DNA from: an uncultured delta proteobacterium
GTDB taxonomy: Bacteria > Desulfobacterota > Binatia > Binatales > Binataceae
Reading direction: 5' to 3'
NCBI GenBank assembly: GCA_963789115.1
Contig: CAWBJH010000001.1
Location: 969,419 to 1,033,418 of the forward strand
Length of the DNA stretch: 64,000 nt
Below are positions 33,093 to 43,471 of the stretch, piece after piece. The notes under the pieces are model-generated. The model had not been told where the DNA came from. It worked only from the letters and a program-made list of their open reading frames with translations, and made no database searches. A program made the position numbers and the translations under genes. The first letter of the stretch is position 1, and each line of letters starts with the position of its first letter.

Positions 33093-33941
33093 TCAAGAAT
33101 TGGTCGCGCCGCTTCGAAGTGCGCGACACGCCTCTTCCACTAAATGCCGCATGGTCGCCCAAGCCTCCGGGGTACCGAACGTTCTTGCAAAAGCGATTAG
33201 CCCATCCATGACGACGGTCTGGACAATAAAGGTGAGCATCCAGCTGTCGCTTTCCAGACCGAACAGATTCTTTATTATCGCGCCCGTCAGAGGTGCCCCC
33301 GGCACCAGGAGCAAGGACGGGTCGCCGCGGAGGGCTTCCTGGCCTCGCATCATTTCGCCGAAGGCATCGAAATATTCCTGGTATCGCGTCTGGGACAACG
33401 CGGAAATCCTCTTGATGGCCACCGCCCACGCCAAACGCGCGTCCTCGCCATCAGGGCGGCCCATGAAATAGATAAACTCATGATATTGATCGAGAAAAGC
33501 GCGCTTTTCCGCAGCGCTTACTTTCGGAACAGCGCGCATAACGCACAGTGTAACCCACCAAAGGTTCAGCACCATGCGTTCGTCCTCATTTGCGTCGCGG
33601 CCTCCCAATTCGGGGGCCAGATCCTTATCTGATCCTAAGCGGCCAATGATCCACTCTGCGAGAGCCTCCTTCCCAAAGGCAAGTTCAGTAAGAGCCTTCA
33701 GACCCTTCTCCGTGCCCTGTTGCGCCTCCAGAAGATCGAGGAGTCCCCGATAGCCCCCTTCGAGCGCCTCTCTCTTGTTCAGCTCACGGAGGGTTTGAAG
33801 GACCGCCGGCCGAGTCTCCCTGTTTGTAATAAGCTCACGAAGCTCGTTAAGGGACTCCGCAGTCTGGATCGGCTGCTCGGCCCAGGAGTCAATTTTCTCG
33901 CCTTCGGCTGCTCCGAACAGACGCCGCAAAAGCTTGATCAC
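33093..33941 (-). CDS. hypothetical alpha-helical protein, operon partner of the YEATS-like gene
   Basis: 282 aa, no recognised motifs. Same strand, 48-bp spacer, same lower GC. Confidence 0.45.
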   Translation of the reverse strand: MIKLLRRLFGAAEGEKIDSWAEQPIQTAESLNELRELITNRETRPAVLQTLRELNKREALEGGYRGLLDLLEAQQGTEKGLKALTELAFGKEALAEWIIGRLGSDKDLAPELGGRDANEDERMVLNLWWVTLCVMRAVPKVSAAEKRAFLDQYHEFIYFMGRPDGEDARLAWAVAIKRISALSQTRYQEYFDAFGEMMRGQEALRGDPSLLLVPGAPLTGAIIKNLFGLESDSWMLTFIVQTVVMDGLIAFARTFGTPEAWATMRHLVEEACRALRSGATNS

Positions 33942-34109
33942 TTCTTTGGAGCTCGTCTACTAAAACTTATCTCAACGGATTATTCGCGAAAGAGGCGGTG
34001 GGGTTCGATCCATTCTGAAGTGGGAGCGGTCGCCCCCGGCGCATGCGGCCCGCCCGCTGCTTTTGCGCAGGTAAGGGTTCTGCTGCTGTCACTACCAGAC
34101 CACCAGGCA

Positions 34110-34802
34110 CTAGCGGCCGTAACCCATCGCTTCCAGAAAATCGTCGAGGCTGTCAAAGCGCATATACAGGTTGCGGCGCTTCTCTTCGCCGATCGTGCTG
34201 CTCGGCTCCACAGCGTAGGCGTGGCCCGGATACACCACGGTCGAGTCATCGAGGTTGCGCAAGGTCTGATTCAGACTGTAGTACATCGCCTCCGGATCCG
34301 AGCCGGGCAGATCGACCCGCCCGCAGGAGCCGACGAACAGCGTGTCGCCGGAAATCAAATTACCGTTGACCAGAAAACACTGCGACCCCGGCGTGTGGCC
34401 CGGGGTGTGCAGGAACTTGACTTCCAGGTTGCCGACCTTGAGGACCTCGCCGGCGTCGACCTTGACGATATCCGAGTCGGACAGTCCGGCTATCTGCCTG
34501 GCACCCTCGGCCTCGTGCTTGTTCAGGTAGACCTTGGCCTTGACCCGCGCGAGCATCTCCGCCGCACCTTTGATGGTGTGACCCATGATCCGGCCGCCGA
34601 GATGGTCGGGATGGTAGTGGGTGATCAGGATTTTGTCGATCTGGTAGCCGTCGCGCTCGGCCAGGTCGCAAATCGTGCCGACCTCCCACGCCGGATCGAC
34701 CACCGCCAGCTTGCGCGTGGCGGGATCTCCGATCAGGTAGACGAAGTTCGCCATCGGGCCAAGCTGGAGCTGGCGGATGTGGATCTGCTGCCGGTTCGTC
34801 AT
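34110..34802 (-). CDS. MBL-fold metallo-hydrolase (glyoxalase-II-like)
   Basis: ITHYHPDHLGG metal-binding motif and HTPGHTPGS. Confidence 0.85.
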   Translation of the reverse strand: MTNRQQIHIRQLQLGPMANFVYLIGDPATRKLAVVDPAWEVGTICDLAERDGYQIDKILITHYHPDHLGGRIMGHTIKGAAEMLARVKAKVYLNKHEAEGARQIAGLSDSDIVKVDAGEVLKVGNLEVKFLHTPGHTPGSQCFLVNGNLISGDTLFVGSCGRVDLPGSDPEAMYYSLNQTLRNLDDSTVVYPGHAYAVEPSSTIGEEKRRNLYMRFDSLDDFLEAMGYGR

Positions 34803-34860
34803 CAGATTCCCTCTGGCTGTTCTTATCGCCCGCTCAGGCGCCTCTCAATCGTCGCGCTGG

Positions 34861-35511
34861 TCAAGATTTTTCCGGCCTGGACGATTTGCGACGCGCCACG
34901 CGTGGCGCCTTGGGATCGATGCGCAGCCCGCGGTCCCACAGGAACTCGGGCTCGCCGAGGCGCTTGGCGACCCATCGCGATTGCACGAACAGATGGTCGC
35001 TCAAGCGGTTGACGTAAATCAGCAACTGGTCGTTCAGCGGCTCCTCGCGCTCGAGCCTCCAGCACACCCGCTCCGCGCGGCGGCATACGGTGCGCGCCTG
35101 ATGCAGGAACGCGTTGAGCATTGCGCCGCCCGGCAGCGTGAAGGATTTCAGCGGTTGAAGCGCGGCCTGCATCCGGTCCATCTCCTGCTCGAGCTTCTCG
35201 ACCTCCGCGCCGCCGATCTTGTGCATGCCTTCATATTCCGCATCGGAGGGGGTGGCCAGTTCGCTGCCGACGTCGAACAGCTCATTCTGGATCCGCCGAA
35301 GCATCTCGGAGTACCACCCGTAGTCGGCGCCGAGTGCCTTTTCAGATTGCGGGAGCAGGGTGCGCACGATTCCCACGATCGAGTTGAGTTCGTCGATCGT
35401 GCCGTAGGCCTCGATCCTGCCGCTGTCCTTGGGCATGCGCGCGCCACCGACCAGTGCCGTCAGGCCTTTATCGCCGGTGCGGGTGTAAATCCGAGTCAGC
35501 CGTATCGCCAT
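34861..35511 (-). CDS. ATP:cob(I)alamin adenosyltransferase, PduO type
   Basis: IYTRTGDKGLT N-terminal motif and the helical bundle characteristic of PduO/MMAB. Confidence 0.85.
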   Translation of the reverse strand: MAIRLTRIYTRTGDKGLTALVGGARMPKDSGRIEAYGTIDELNSIVGIVRTLLPQSEKALGADYGWYSEMLRRIQNELFDVGSELATPSDAEYEGMHKIGGAEVEKLEQEMDRMQAALQPLKSFTLPGGAMLNAFLHQARTVCRRAERVCWRLEREEPLNDQLLIYVNRLSDHLFVQSRWVAKRLGEPEFLWDRGLRIDPKAPRVARRKSSRPEKS

Positions 35512-35615
35512 CTACAGCCCGGCTTTAGCTTATCAAAATCTCGAGTCCGACAGGCGAGTGCCCGCTGCCGCGCCACGACCCCTGGACCCTGATTGCGCCG
35601 CTCGCGCTCGAGGGC

Positions 35616-36551
35616 TCACTCGATGCTCTCCGGTTCGTCGACCACCGGATTCTCAAGTACGCCCAGGCGGCTGATCGCGATGCGCACCAGGTCGCCCGCC
35701 TTGAGCCATTCAGGCGGCCGCCGCGAGGCGCCCACCCCCGCCGGCGTGCCGGTAAAGACCACGTCGCCGGGCTCGAGCGTGAACACCTGCGTGAGGTACT
35801 CGATAATCGCGCCGGGGTTGAAGATCAACTCCGAGGTATTGGAGTTCTGCTTCAACTCGCCGTTGACCCAGGTCTTGATCTCCAGATTGGCGACGTTGCC
35901 GGCCTCGTCGGGCGTAACCAGGTATGGGCCGAGCGGGCCGTGGGTGTCGAAGCCCTTGCCCATCATCCAGGTCGGCGAGTGGAACTGCCAGTCGCGCACC
36001 GAGACGTCGTTGCCGATGGTGTAGCCGGCGATGTAGCGCGGCGCATCGGCGGCCCGCACGCGGCGCGCGCGCCGACCGATCACGAAGCAGAACTCGCCCT
36101 CCCAATCGACCGCGGACGAGACCCGCGGACGCCGGATCGGCATCCCGTGACCGGTGATGCAAGTCGAGAGCTTGGTGAACACCACCGGTTGCTTGGGAAT
36201 CTCCTGTTTCGTTTCGGCCGCGTGATCGCGATAGTTGAGCCCAATCCCGAGCACCTTGGGCGGGCGGCGAATCGGCGCCTCCAGCGCGAAGCCCGGCTCG
36301 CGCATGCCGAATACGATCCCGCGTTCGACCGCCTGCTCGCGATCGCGTTGCACCAGCTCGATCCCGGCGGCCAGCGCCCGGCGCGCATTGGCGAGCGCCG
36401 CCTCTGCGCCGCCCAGCAGCGCGAGCATGTCGTCGGGCACCGGCGCCGCGCCGCGAAGCGATCCGGCGCGGGCGAGGTCGATGACCTCGGCTTCACCGTT
36501 GGTCGCGCCCAGTCGGGTAACGCCGCGAAAGGTATAGGTAACCAGTCTCAT
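35616..36551 (-). CDS. fumarylacetoacetate hydrolase (FAH) family protein
   Basis: FAH-fold metal-binding residues and a GDVVFTGTPAGVG-like motif (GDLVRIAISRLGVL). Start trimmed to MRLVTY. Confidence 0.8.
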   Translation of the reverse strand: MRLVTYTFRGVTRLGATNGEAEVIDLARAGSLRGAAPVPDDMLALLGGAEAALANARRALAAGIELVQRDREQAVERGIVFGMREPGFALEAPIRRPPKVLGIGLNYRDHAAETKQEIPKQPVVFTKLSTCITGHGMPIRRPRVSSAVDWEGEFCFVIGRRARRVRAADAPRYIAGYTIGNDVSVRDWQFHSPTWMMGKGFDTHGPLGPYLVTPDEAGNVANLEIKTWVNGELKQNSNTSELIFNPGAIIEYLTQVFTLEPGDVVFTGTPAGVGASRRPPEWLKAGDLVRIAISRLGVLENPVVDEPESIE

Positions 36552-36825
36552 CGCAATAACCTCTTGAACGTCGTCACGGGCGATGCGACTTTTCGCGCGA
36601 AACCGCTCCCAGGTCAACAGGATTCACCTCTGGCACCCGGGCCGGCCGCCGGATCCAGGCCGGATGCTCCGCCGATTCGAGTCGGCATCGCCCCAGGGTC
36701 GGATCTGGATTCTTACGCGCTTGGGTGGTTAACTTGTAGCATAAAGCCGCCCATCACAAGCGGCCCGGATGCGGCGCCTGACGCAACTCGCGAGCCGGCA
36801 CGGGGCGGATAAGCGCATTAGAAAG

Positions 36826-37464
36826 ATGGCGGTGGACGCGCTCATAGTCGATGATTCCGATACCACCCGTGGCATGCTGAGACGCCGACTCGAAGCCATC
36901 GGATGCAACGTGATCGGCGAGGCCTCCAATGCCTCCGAGGCGCTGCAGATTTTCCGCATGAGGACCCCTCACCTGGTGACGCTTGACGTGATGATGCCGA
37001 CGGTGGGCGGCCTGGACGCCAAATCGCTGCTCGCCAGGATCCGCGCCGAAGCGCCCCAGGTGGTGGTGTTCGTGGTCAGCTCCTTCTCAAGGGAGAACCA
37101 GGGGCGGGACTTCCTCGACGCAGGCGCCGCGGATTACCTCCAAAAGCCCTTCATCAATTTCGAAGAGCCTCTCAAAAAAGCTCCAGAACTACTTCCCAGA
37201 ACTCCGCGGCAAGCCCTGAATCGCCCTCTTTGCCCCGGCGATCGCTGCGCCGCCCCGGCAGACCCTCAACAAGCCCTGGGGCGCCCTCCCTTGGGGGTTT
37301 GTAAAGGGACCATCCGAGTCGGGCCTGGAACCGAGGGCGCGCCGGCTGACCGTTGCGGTGGCATTGCCGCCTTGGCTGTTGCAGCGCTGCAAAAGGCGAT
37401 TTCGGCATTGATCGGGAAAACCCGGCGAATTTGCGAGCCGCGTCCGGGCACGGTGCTTGCTTAG
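36826..37464 (+). CDS. single-domain response regulator (CheY-like receiver) with low-complexity tail
   Basis: ALIVDDSDTTR...TLDVMMP...YLQKPF receiver motifs. The last 90 aa are Pro/Ala-rich with an internal nucleotide repeat. Confidence 0.65.
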   Translation: MAVDALIVDDSDTTRGMLRRRLEAIGCNVIGEASNASEALQIFRMRTPHLVTLDVMMPTVGGLDAKSLLARIRAEAPQVVVFVVSSFSRENQGRDFLDAGAADYLQKPFINFEEPLKKAPELLPRTPRQALNRPLCPGDRCAAPADPQQALGRPPLGVCKGTIRVGPGTEGAPADRCGGIAALAVAALQKAISALIGKTRRICEPRPGTVLA

Positions 37465-37494
37465 CACTTTGTCGAGTTTCTATACTAATAGACT

Positions 37495-40400
37495 ATGGAA
37501 ACGGAAGCCTCCACTACTGTCGATCCACGGACCGGCTCCGGTTCCGCTCCGACAGCCGAACTGCGGCCGGTGGCCGAGCTTCAGCGCAACGGGGAGCCCT
37601 CGCCTCTTCAGACAGCGCCGGGCGGATCGAATGTTAAAGCCGACGCGGAGATGCTCGACAAGCCGGTGCTCGTCTTCTTCCGCGTCGGCAGCCTGATAGT
37701 GGCGACATTTCAACTCTCCTACCTGGCGCTGAGTTGGACTTCATACGGGCGACATCTGCCCGCAAACTTGGTCACGCTGAGTTCGCTCAACCTTGGCGTT
37801 GCGGTAATCGGTTTTTTGTTGACCTTCACGCCTTCATTCCGGCACTGGCGGTCGATCACGCTATTGATCTGCTGCGTATGGACAGTCAATGCGGGGCTGA
37901 TGGCGCAGGTCACTAACGAGTTCGATTTCCTGGCTTTCAAGTATGTGCTGCTGATGATCGGGCTCGGCGCGCTCATCCCGTGGGGGTGGGCCTGGCAAGC
38001 CGCCTACAGCGCGGTTACCTTGGCGGCCTACCTGCTTACAGCCGGCATGCCGTACAGCGGGGATTCGCATCAGGCGATGCGATGGCTGGCGTTGCTGACC
38101 GCGGCGGCGCTTGCCCAGATTTCCGTGGCCCTGAGCAGCCGGCGCCGAAAACAGATCGAAGCCGGAGTCCGAAAGCTGCGCGAAGAGGCCACCCATCGCG
38201 ACGCCGTCATCGCCCGGCTCGAGCGGGCGCGCAAACAGTTGGAACAGAGCGAGACCAAGCTGCGCAAGATATTCGAAGCGAGCCCCGATACCATCTCGAT
38301 CCTCAACCTGGCCGACGGTCACTTCATCGATGTCAGCGGGGACTTCGTGGTTACCGGCTACACGCGCAAGGAAGCCGTTGCGACCACCGTCTCCGACCTG
38401 GGCATCTTTGCCACCCGCGAACAGCATCGCAAGTTCGTCAACCTGCTCCGTTCGCGCGGCACGGTGCGCAACTTCGAGGCCGACTTCAGACTCAAAGACG
38501 GCACCATCCGCCCCTGCCTCCTTTCCGGGACCATAATCGAGCTCGACGGCGAGCCCTGCGTGCTCACGATCACCACCGACGTGACACGCCTCAAACGCAC
38601 CGAGCGCGAGTTGATCGCCGCGCGCGAGGCGGCGCTGGCCGCTTCCCGGGCCAAGTCCGAGTTCCTCTCGAGCATGTCGCATGAGATCCGCACCCCGATG
38701 AACGCGATCCTGGGGATGACGGACCTGCTGGCCGAAACCCAACTCGACGAGGAGCAGCGCAAGTTCGCGGATACCATTGCCAGCAACGGCGACGCCTTGC
38801 TCCGGCTCATCAACGACGTGCTGGATCTGGCCAAGGTCGAGAGCGGGCGGCTAACGCTCGAGCATACGGATTTCGATTTGAATGGCGTGACGCGCCAGGT
38901 GGGCGAGGCACTGAGCGTGCGCTGCCATGAAAAGAACCTGGAGTTGGCCGTCCATATCGCGGGGGACGTCCCGACCAGGCTGATCGGCGATCCGCTCCGG
39001 CTGCGCCAGGTGCTGGTGAACCTGATCGGCAATGCGATCAAGTTCACCGAGCGGGGCGAGGTGATCCTGCGGGTCAGCCGGCAGCCCGGCGCGGACGGGC
39101 AGGTCGTGCTCCACTTCTGGGTCTCCGACACCGGGATTGGAATTCCGCCCGACCAGCTCGAAAGCATTTTCTCGGATTTCACCCAGGCCGATGCTTCGAC
39201 CAGCCGCAGGTACGGCGGAACCGGGCTGGGGCTGGCAATCGCAAAGCGGCTGGTGGGGAAGATGCAGGGCAAGATCTGGGCGGAGAGCGAAGTGAGCAAG
39301 GGCAGCGTCTTCCACTTCACCGCCGGATTCGAATTGCAGACCGGCGATCAGCGCGAAGCACCGGTAGCGTCAGCGGCCGATCTGCAAGGGGTCAGAACCC
39401 TGGTGGTGGACGATACCGAGATCAACCGCGTGATCGTGCGCGAGACATTGTCCGCGGCTGGTGCCGAGGTGGGAGAAGCCGACGGTGGTCCGAACGCCCT
39501 GGTCGAGCTGGAACGCGCCTGGCGCAGCGGACGCCCCTACATCCTGCTGATCCTGGACTGCCGGATGCCCGGGATGGACGGGATCGAGCTGCTCAAGATA
39601 ATCCGCGCCTCCGATCGCTCGCGCGAGCTGGTGGTGCTGATGCTGACCTCCGACGACCTCAATACGCAGCTCGCCCGCGCCCGCGAAGCCGGAATCGACG
39701 CCTACCTGGTCAAACCAGTTCGGCGCGAGGAGCTGCTGGCGGCAGCGGCTTGCGCGCTTCACAAGGCCAATCGCAAACGCGAGGCTTCGGCGGCGTCACG
39801 GCGCGCAGCGACGCCGGTGATCCCGGATACGCGTCCGGTTCACATCCTGCTGGCCGAGGACTCGCGCGACAACCGCGCGCTGATAGAGGCTTACCTGAAG
39901 AAGACCCCGTACCTGCTCGACGCCGCTGAGAACGGACAGATCGCGCTGGCGAAGTACAAGACCGGCCAATATGCCGTCGTGTTGATGGACATAAATATGC
40001 CGGTGATGGACGGCTTCCAGGCGCTCGCCGCTATCCGCGAATGGGAACGCAGCCAGAATCGGCGGCCCGTCCCGGTGATCGCGCTCACCGCCTCCGCCTT
40101 CGTCGAAGACGTGCGCAAGGCGCAGGAAGCGGGCTTCCAGATGCATGTCGCCAAGCCGGTCAAGAAGTCCACCCTGCTCGAGGCGCTTCACGAGGTCACC
40201 AGCGCGCAGCAACCGCCCGCAAAGTCCGCCGGCCCCGCCGCGATCGAGGTAGACGCCGACATCCACGACCTGGCGCTGGTCTTCCTCGCTCGAAGGCGGC
40301 AGGAGAGCGGCAAGATCCTTAGCGCGCTGCAACGCGGCGACTTCGACGTGGTCGAACGGTTCGGGCATACGCTCAAGGGCGAGGGCGCGAGCTTCGGGAT

Positions 40401-40578
40401 GGCGCCGGCATCCGAGCTGGGCGCCGAGCTGGAGCTGGCAATGAAACGCAAAGACGCGTCGCGCGCGCGCAGCCTGATCCGGGAAATCGGCGACTACCTG
40501 GGGCGGGTCGAGATCGCTCCGCTGCTCAATCCCGCGCCGACCAACGGCGCCAAGCAGGCTACTTCACGCCCATTCTGA
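37495..40578 (+). CDS. hybrid sensor histidine kinase / response regulator with Hpt domain
   Basis: N-terminal multi-TM sensor, PAS, HisKA (SHEIRTPMNAILG), HATPase (GTGLGLAI), two receiver domains and a C-terminal Hpt (HTLKGEGASFG). Confidence 0.9.
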   Translation: METEASTTVDPRTGSGSAPTAELRPVAELQRNGEPSPLQTAPGGSNVKADAEMLDKPVLVFFRVGSLIVATFQLSYLALSWTSYGRHLPANLVTLSSLNLGVAVIGFLLTFTPSFRHWRSITLLICCVWTVNAGLMAQVTNEFDFLAFKYVLLMIGLGALIPWGWAWQAAYSAVTLAAYLLTAGMPYSGDSHQAMRWLALLTAAALAQISVALSSRRRKQIEAGVRKLREEATHRDAVIARLERARKQLEQSETKLRKIFEASPDTISILNLADGHFIDVSGDFVVTGYTRKEAVATTVSDLGIFATREQHRKFVNLLRSRGTVRNFEADFRLKDGTIRPCLLSGTIIELDGEPCVLTITTDVTRLKRTERELIAAREAALAASRAKSEFLSSMSHEIRTPMNAILGMTDLLAETQLDEEQRKFADTIASNGDALLRLINDVLDLAKVESGRLTLEHTDFDLNGVTRQVGEALSVRCHEKNLELAVHIAGDVPTRLIGDPLRLRQVLVNLIGNAIKFTERGEVILRVSRQPGADGQVVLHFWVSDTGIGIPPDQLESIFSDFTQADASTSRRYGGTGLGLAIAKRLVGKMQGKIWAESEVSKGSVFHFTAGFELQTGDQREAPVASAADLQGVRTLVVDDTEINRVIVRETLSAAGAEVGEADGGPNALVELERAWRSGRPYILLILDCRMPGMDGIELLKIIRASDRSRELVVLMLTSDDLNTQLARAREAGIDAYLVKPVRREELLAAAACALHKANRKREASAASRRAATPVIPDTRPVHILLAEDSRDNRALIEAYLKKTPYLLDAAENGQIALAKYKTGQYAVVLMDINMPVMDGFQALAAIREWERSQNRRPVPVIALTASAFVEDVRKAQEAGFQMHVAKPVKKSTLLEALHEVTSAQQPPAKSAGPAAIEVDADIHDLALVFLARRRQESGKILSALQRGDFDVVERFGHTLKGEGASFGMAPASELGAELELAMKRKDASRARSLIREIGDYLGRVEIAPLLNPAPTNGAKQATSRPF

Positions 40579-41374
40579 CGCGGTAGCTCCAGTACCAGGG
40601 CACGGCCGTATCGCCCAGCACGCGGCCGGCCGACTCGCGCAGCGCCGCAATCCCAATCTCATCCTCGCTGAGACCGTGCTTGAGCAGGCTTGCGACCTCG
40701 CCCTGGCTGAGCGCCAGGCCCACCAGCCGGTCGGCTCCGCCGACCTCGACGTGATGGAGCACGATCTCGTTGACATAGCGGAAGCGGCCGCTCTGCCGGA
40801 TGCGATCGAGATGGCCTTCCTTGCTCCAGCGGCGGACCTCCGGCGCGAACCGGTGTTTGCGCTCGAGTGCGCGAGCGTTGGCGATACAGGCGCTGTAGGC
40901 CTGCTCGACCCGCCAGTTGAGGGTCGGCGGCCAGTCGCAATCGTAGGCTGCGAACACGCCGCCCTCGCGCAGGATGCGTGCGACCTCGGCGAAGGTGCCC
41001 TCGGGTTCCATCCAGTGCAGCGCCTGTGAGCAGGTCACGACGTCGGCGCATCGATCGGGCAACCCGGTGCTTGTCGAGAGCCCGTCGATGAAGCGCACCC
41101 TGGCGCCTTGCGTGCCGGCGCGGCGCTCGGCCTGCCGGCGCATGTCGGCGCTCGGCTCCACGCCGGTAAGCTCCGCCGCGCGCCCGGTCCATATCAGCGT
41201 CGAGAGCCCGCTGCCGCATCCGATATCGACGACCGCGGGATTCGGCGTGGCGGCAAGCTGCGTCAGCACGTCAACGATGATCGTCGGAGGACGCGGCCGG
41301 TAACTGTCGTAGAGCTCTGCGAATCCCGAGAAGCGCTCGACATTGGCCGCGATATGGGGACGATCGTCGCTCAT
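40559..41374 (-). CDS. class I SAM-dependent methyltransferase
   Basis: VVDIGCGSGLST motif I. Start trimmed to MSDDRP. Confidence 0.8.
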   Translation of the reverse strand: MSDDRPHIAANVERFSGFAELYDSYRPRPPTIIVDVLTQLAATPNPAVVDIGCGSGLSTLIWTGRAAELTGVEPSADMRRQAERRAGTQGARVRFIDGLSTSTGLPDRCADVVTCSQALHWMEPEGTFAEVARILREGGVFAAYDCDWPPTLNWRVEQAYSACIANARALERKHRFAPEVRRWSKEGHLDRIRQSGRFRYVNEIVLHHVEVGGADRLVGLALSQGEVASLLKHGLSEDEIGIAALRESAGRVLGDTAVPWYWSYRVRMGVK

Positions 41375-41599
41375 ATGGTCCACGCGTACCCGGCTACATT
41401 GTCACCGCGAGAGCCACATCTGCAAGGTTGAGTCGGCAGGTCTGCCTGAGGTCACGGGCCGGCGGTCCGCCGGATCGTGCCTGATCCGCAGACTGTTCCA
41501 GCAGCGCGGCACCCGAGCAGCAATTTGTCGCGCGCTTGGCAGCTCGCACCGGGCTGTCCAGAGCCGGGAACGGACACTACAATCGGTTGGGTCAGGAGC

Positions 41600-42487
41600 A
41601 TGGCAGCAAACCTCGGAGCGGGGATGGCGGCGCCGACTGCGACATTGCTTATCACCTCGCGCGATCGCGCCGGGATAATCGCGGGCGTATCCAACCTGCT
41701 TTATTCGCAGGGCTGCAATATCATCAACTCCGACCAGCACACCGAGGATGACGACGGCCGGTTTTTCTGGCGAATTTTCCTGCTCAGCGAACGCCTGTCA
41801 CTCGAAGAGTTGCAGGCCGTGCTCGACCAGCGGCTTACCAAGATACTGCCGGATATCGGGATCGCCTGGCAGCTTCACGACAGCGCGCGGCGCGACCGAA
41901 TAGTCATAATGGTGTCGCGGCTGCCGCACTGCATGATGGATCTGCTGAGCCGCTATCGCTTCGGCGAGTTGGACGCCGACGTGGTCGGCGTAGTCGGCAA
42001 CCATCGCGACCTCGATTCCATGGTCAAGGCGTTCGGCGTACCGTTCCTGCATGTCCCGGTCGAAAAGGGACGCAAGCCCGAAGCCGAGGCGAAGCTCCTG
42101 GCGGCGCTAAAGGACTTGCGATGCGATACGGTGGTGCTCGCGCGCTACATGCAGGTGCTCTCGGGAGAGCTGCTGCACGCGTGGGGCAATCCGATTATCA
42201 ACATCCACCACAGTTTTCTGCCCGCCTTCGCCGGCGAGCGGCCCCACAAACAGGCCTACGACCGGGGCGTCAAGCTGATCGGCGCGACCGCGCACTACGT
42301 GACCGAAGTGCTGGACGAGGGACCGATCATCGCGCAGGCGACCACCCCGGTAACGCATCGCGATTCCGTCAAGGAGCTGGCGCGTAAGGGCAAGGACCTG
42401 GAAGTCGTCGTGCTGGCCAGGGCAGTGCGCGCGCATCTGCAAAGGCGCGTGTTGACCCATCACAACCGCACGATCGTGTTCGACTGA
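41600..42487 (+). CDS. purU: formyltetrahydrofolate deformylase
   Basis: ACT domain then formyl-transferase domain with HHSFLPAF and the catalytic NIHHS context. aggag before ATG 41600. Confidence 0.9.
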   Translation: MAANLGAGMAAPTATLLITSRDRAGIIAGVSNLLYSQGCNIINSDQHTEDDDGRFFWRIFLLSERLSLEELQAVLDQRLTKILPDIGIAWQLHDSARRDRIVIMVSRLPHCMMDLLSRYRFGELDADVVGVVGNHRDLDSMVKAFGVPFLHVPVEKGRKPEAEAKLLAALKDLRCDTVVLARYMQVLSGELLHAWGNPIINIHHSFLPAFAGERPHKQAYDRGVKLIGATAHYVTEVLDEGPIIAQATTPVTHRDSVKELARKGKDLEVVVLARAVRAHLQRRVLTHHNRTIVFD

Positions 42488-42532
42488 GCCGGGTGCTGCC
42501 CTACCCCGGCGCCGGCGCCGTGCGATCTTCGA

Positions 42533-43225
42533 TTAGAATCCGCCCTGGCGGAATCGAACTGTAAGCAACGGCAAGGCGTCGGGCGCTTGCCCGCCGATCG
42601 CATCCACCTCCTGAAGCTGCGCCCGATCGCTCAGGATGCGCCAGATGCGTTGCGGGTCGGCGGCGAACACCATCTCGGCCTTGGCCGCCATCGCGTACCA
42701 CGAGCCCTCGAACATCTCCCCGTGGAGTTGGTTCTGCGACCACTGGGCGCGCCCCAGCAATACGTGCAGATCCTTGGCGGAGCCTGGATCCTTGAGCGCC
42801 TCGCCCATTGAGTGCGGATCGTCGCTCAGGTAGATGTCGTCCAGGAGCCGCGTCGCGTTGGGGGGAGCCTGCGCGGCGCGCAGCAACAGGCAGGCCCGGT
42901 CAAGATCCACGGGACCGCCGAAATACGCGTTCTCCGCCCGGTTCTTGACCGCAGGGGCATCGGGGAACAGCTTGCGCAGCGGGATGGTGGTCGGCTTGTT
43001 GATTATAAAGCCTGCTACGAGCGGAGGCTGCGTCACCGGCAGCATCAGGACGACGGACTCCTGGAATAGAGGGTCGGACAGGCTGGGAGTCGCAACCAGG
43101 AAGTAAGGCTGCGCGCTTTCGCTTCGCGCCCGCCGCGGCGCCATCAGCGAGCAGACGAGCGCGATGCAGACGACCGGGATAGCGGCTATCCGCCCGCCCC
43201 GCCCGCGAGAGTCGAAGATCTCCAT
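42533..43225 (-). CDS. YqgE/AlgH family protein (UPF0301)
   Basis: SLSDPLFQESVVLMLPV...GFIINKP...FGGPV motifs. Confidence 0.7.
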   Translation of the reverse strand: MEIFDSRGRGGRIAAIPVVCIALVCSLMAPRRARSESAQPYFLVATPSLSDPLFQESVVLMLPVTQPPLVAGFIINKPTTIPLRKLFPDAPAVKNRAENAYFGGPVDLDRACLLLRAAQAPPNATRLLDDIYLSDDPHSMGEALKDPGSAKDLHVLLGRAQWSQNQLHGEMFEGSWYAMAAKAEMVFAADPQRIWRILSDRAQLQEVDAIGGQAPDALPLLTVRFRQGGF

Positions 43226-43471
43226 ACCCTGCGACGCTTAAGAGTTAGACGCGCTCCCGTCAAGCCCGCGATGTGACGACCGGCCCACCCCTGGCGGGGC
43301 CGCCCGTACCTTTCTTGATATGCTCCTATGGTACATGCCGAGAACATGAAGCGGCAAATCGCCAAAGTCTTCAAGACCGGCCTTCAGATTCAGGACACTG
43401 CTGCCTCAGGCTCCGGGCGCGGGCGCCGCAACATTTGGCGCCCTGATTCTCGGGGCTAACTTGGCAGCGCA

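Noticed and set aside
33960-34000. tRNA-like fragment ggtggggttcgatccattc
   Set aside because: It resembles a T-loop, but no complementary T-stem or acceptor stem can be formed. Probably coincidental.
36826-37464. Possible frameshift in the response regulator C-terminal tail
   Set aside because: No conserved domain is recoverable in the alternative frames. The tail is more simply a disordered Pro/Ala-rich extension containing a short tandem nucleotide repeat (37210-37285).
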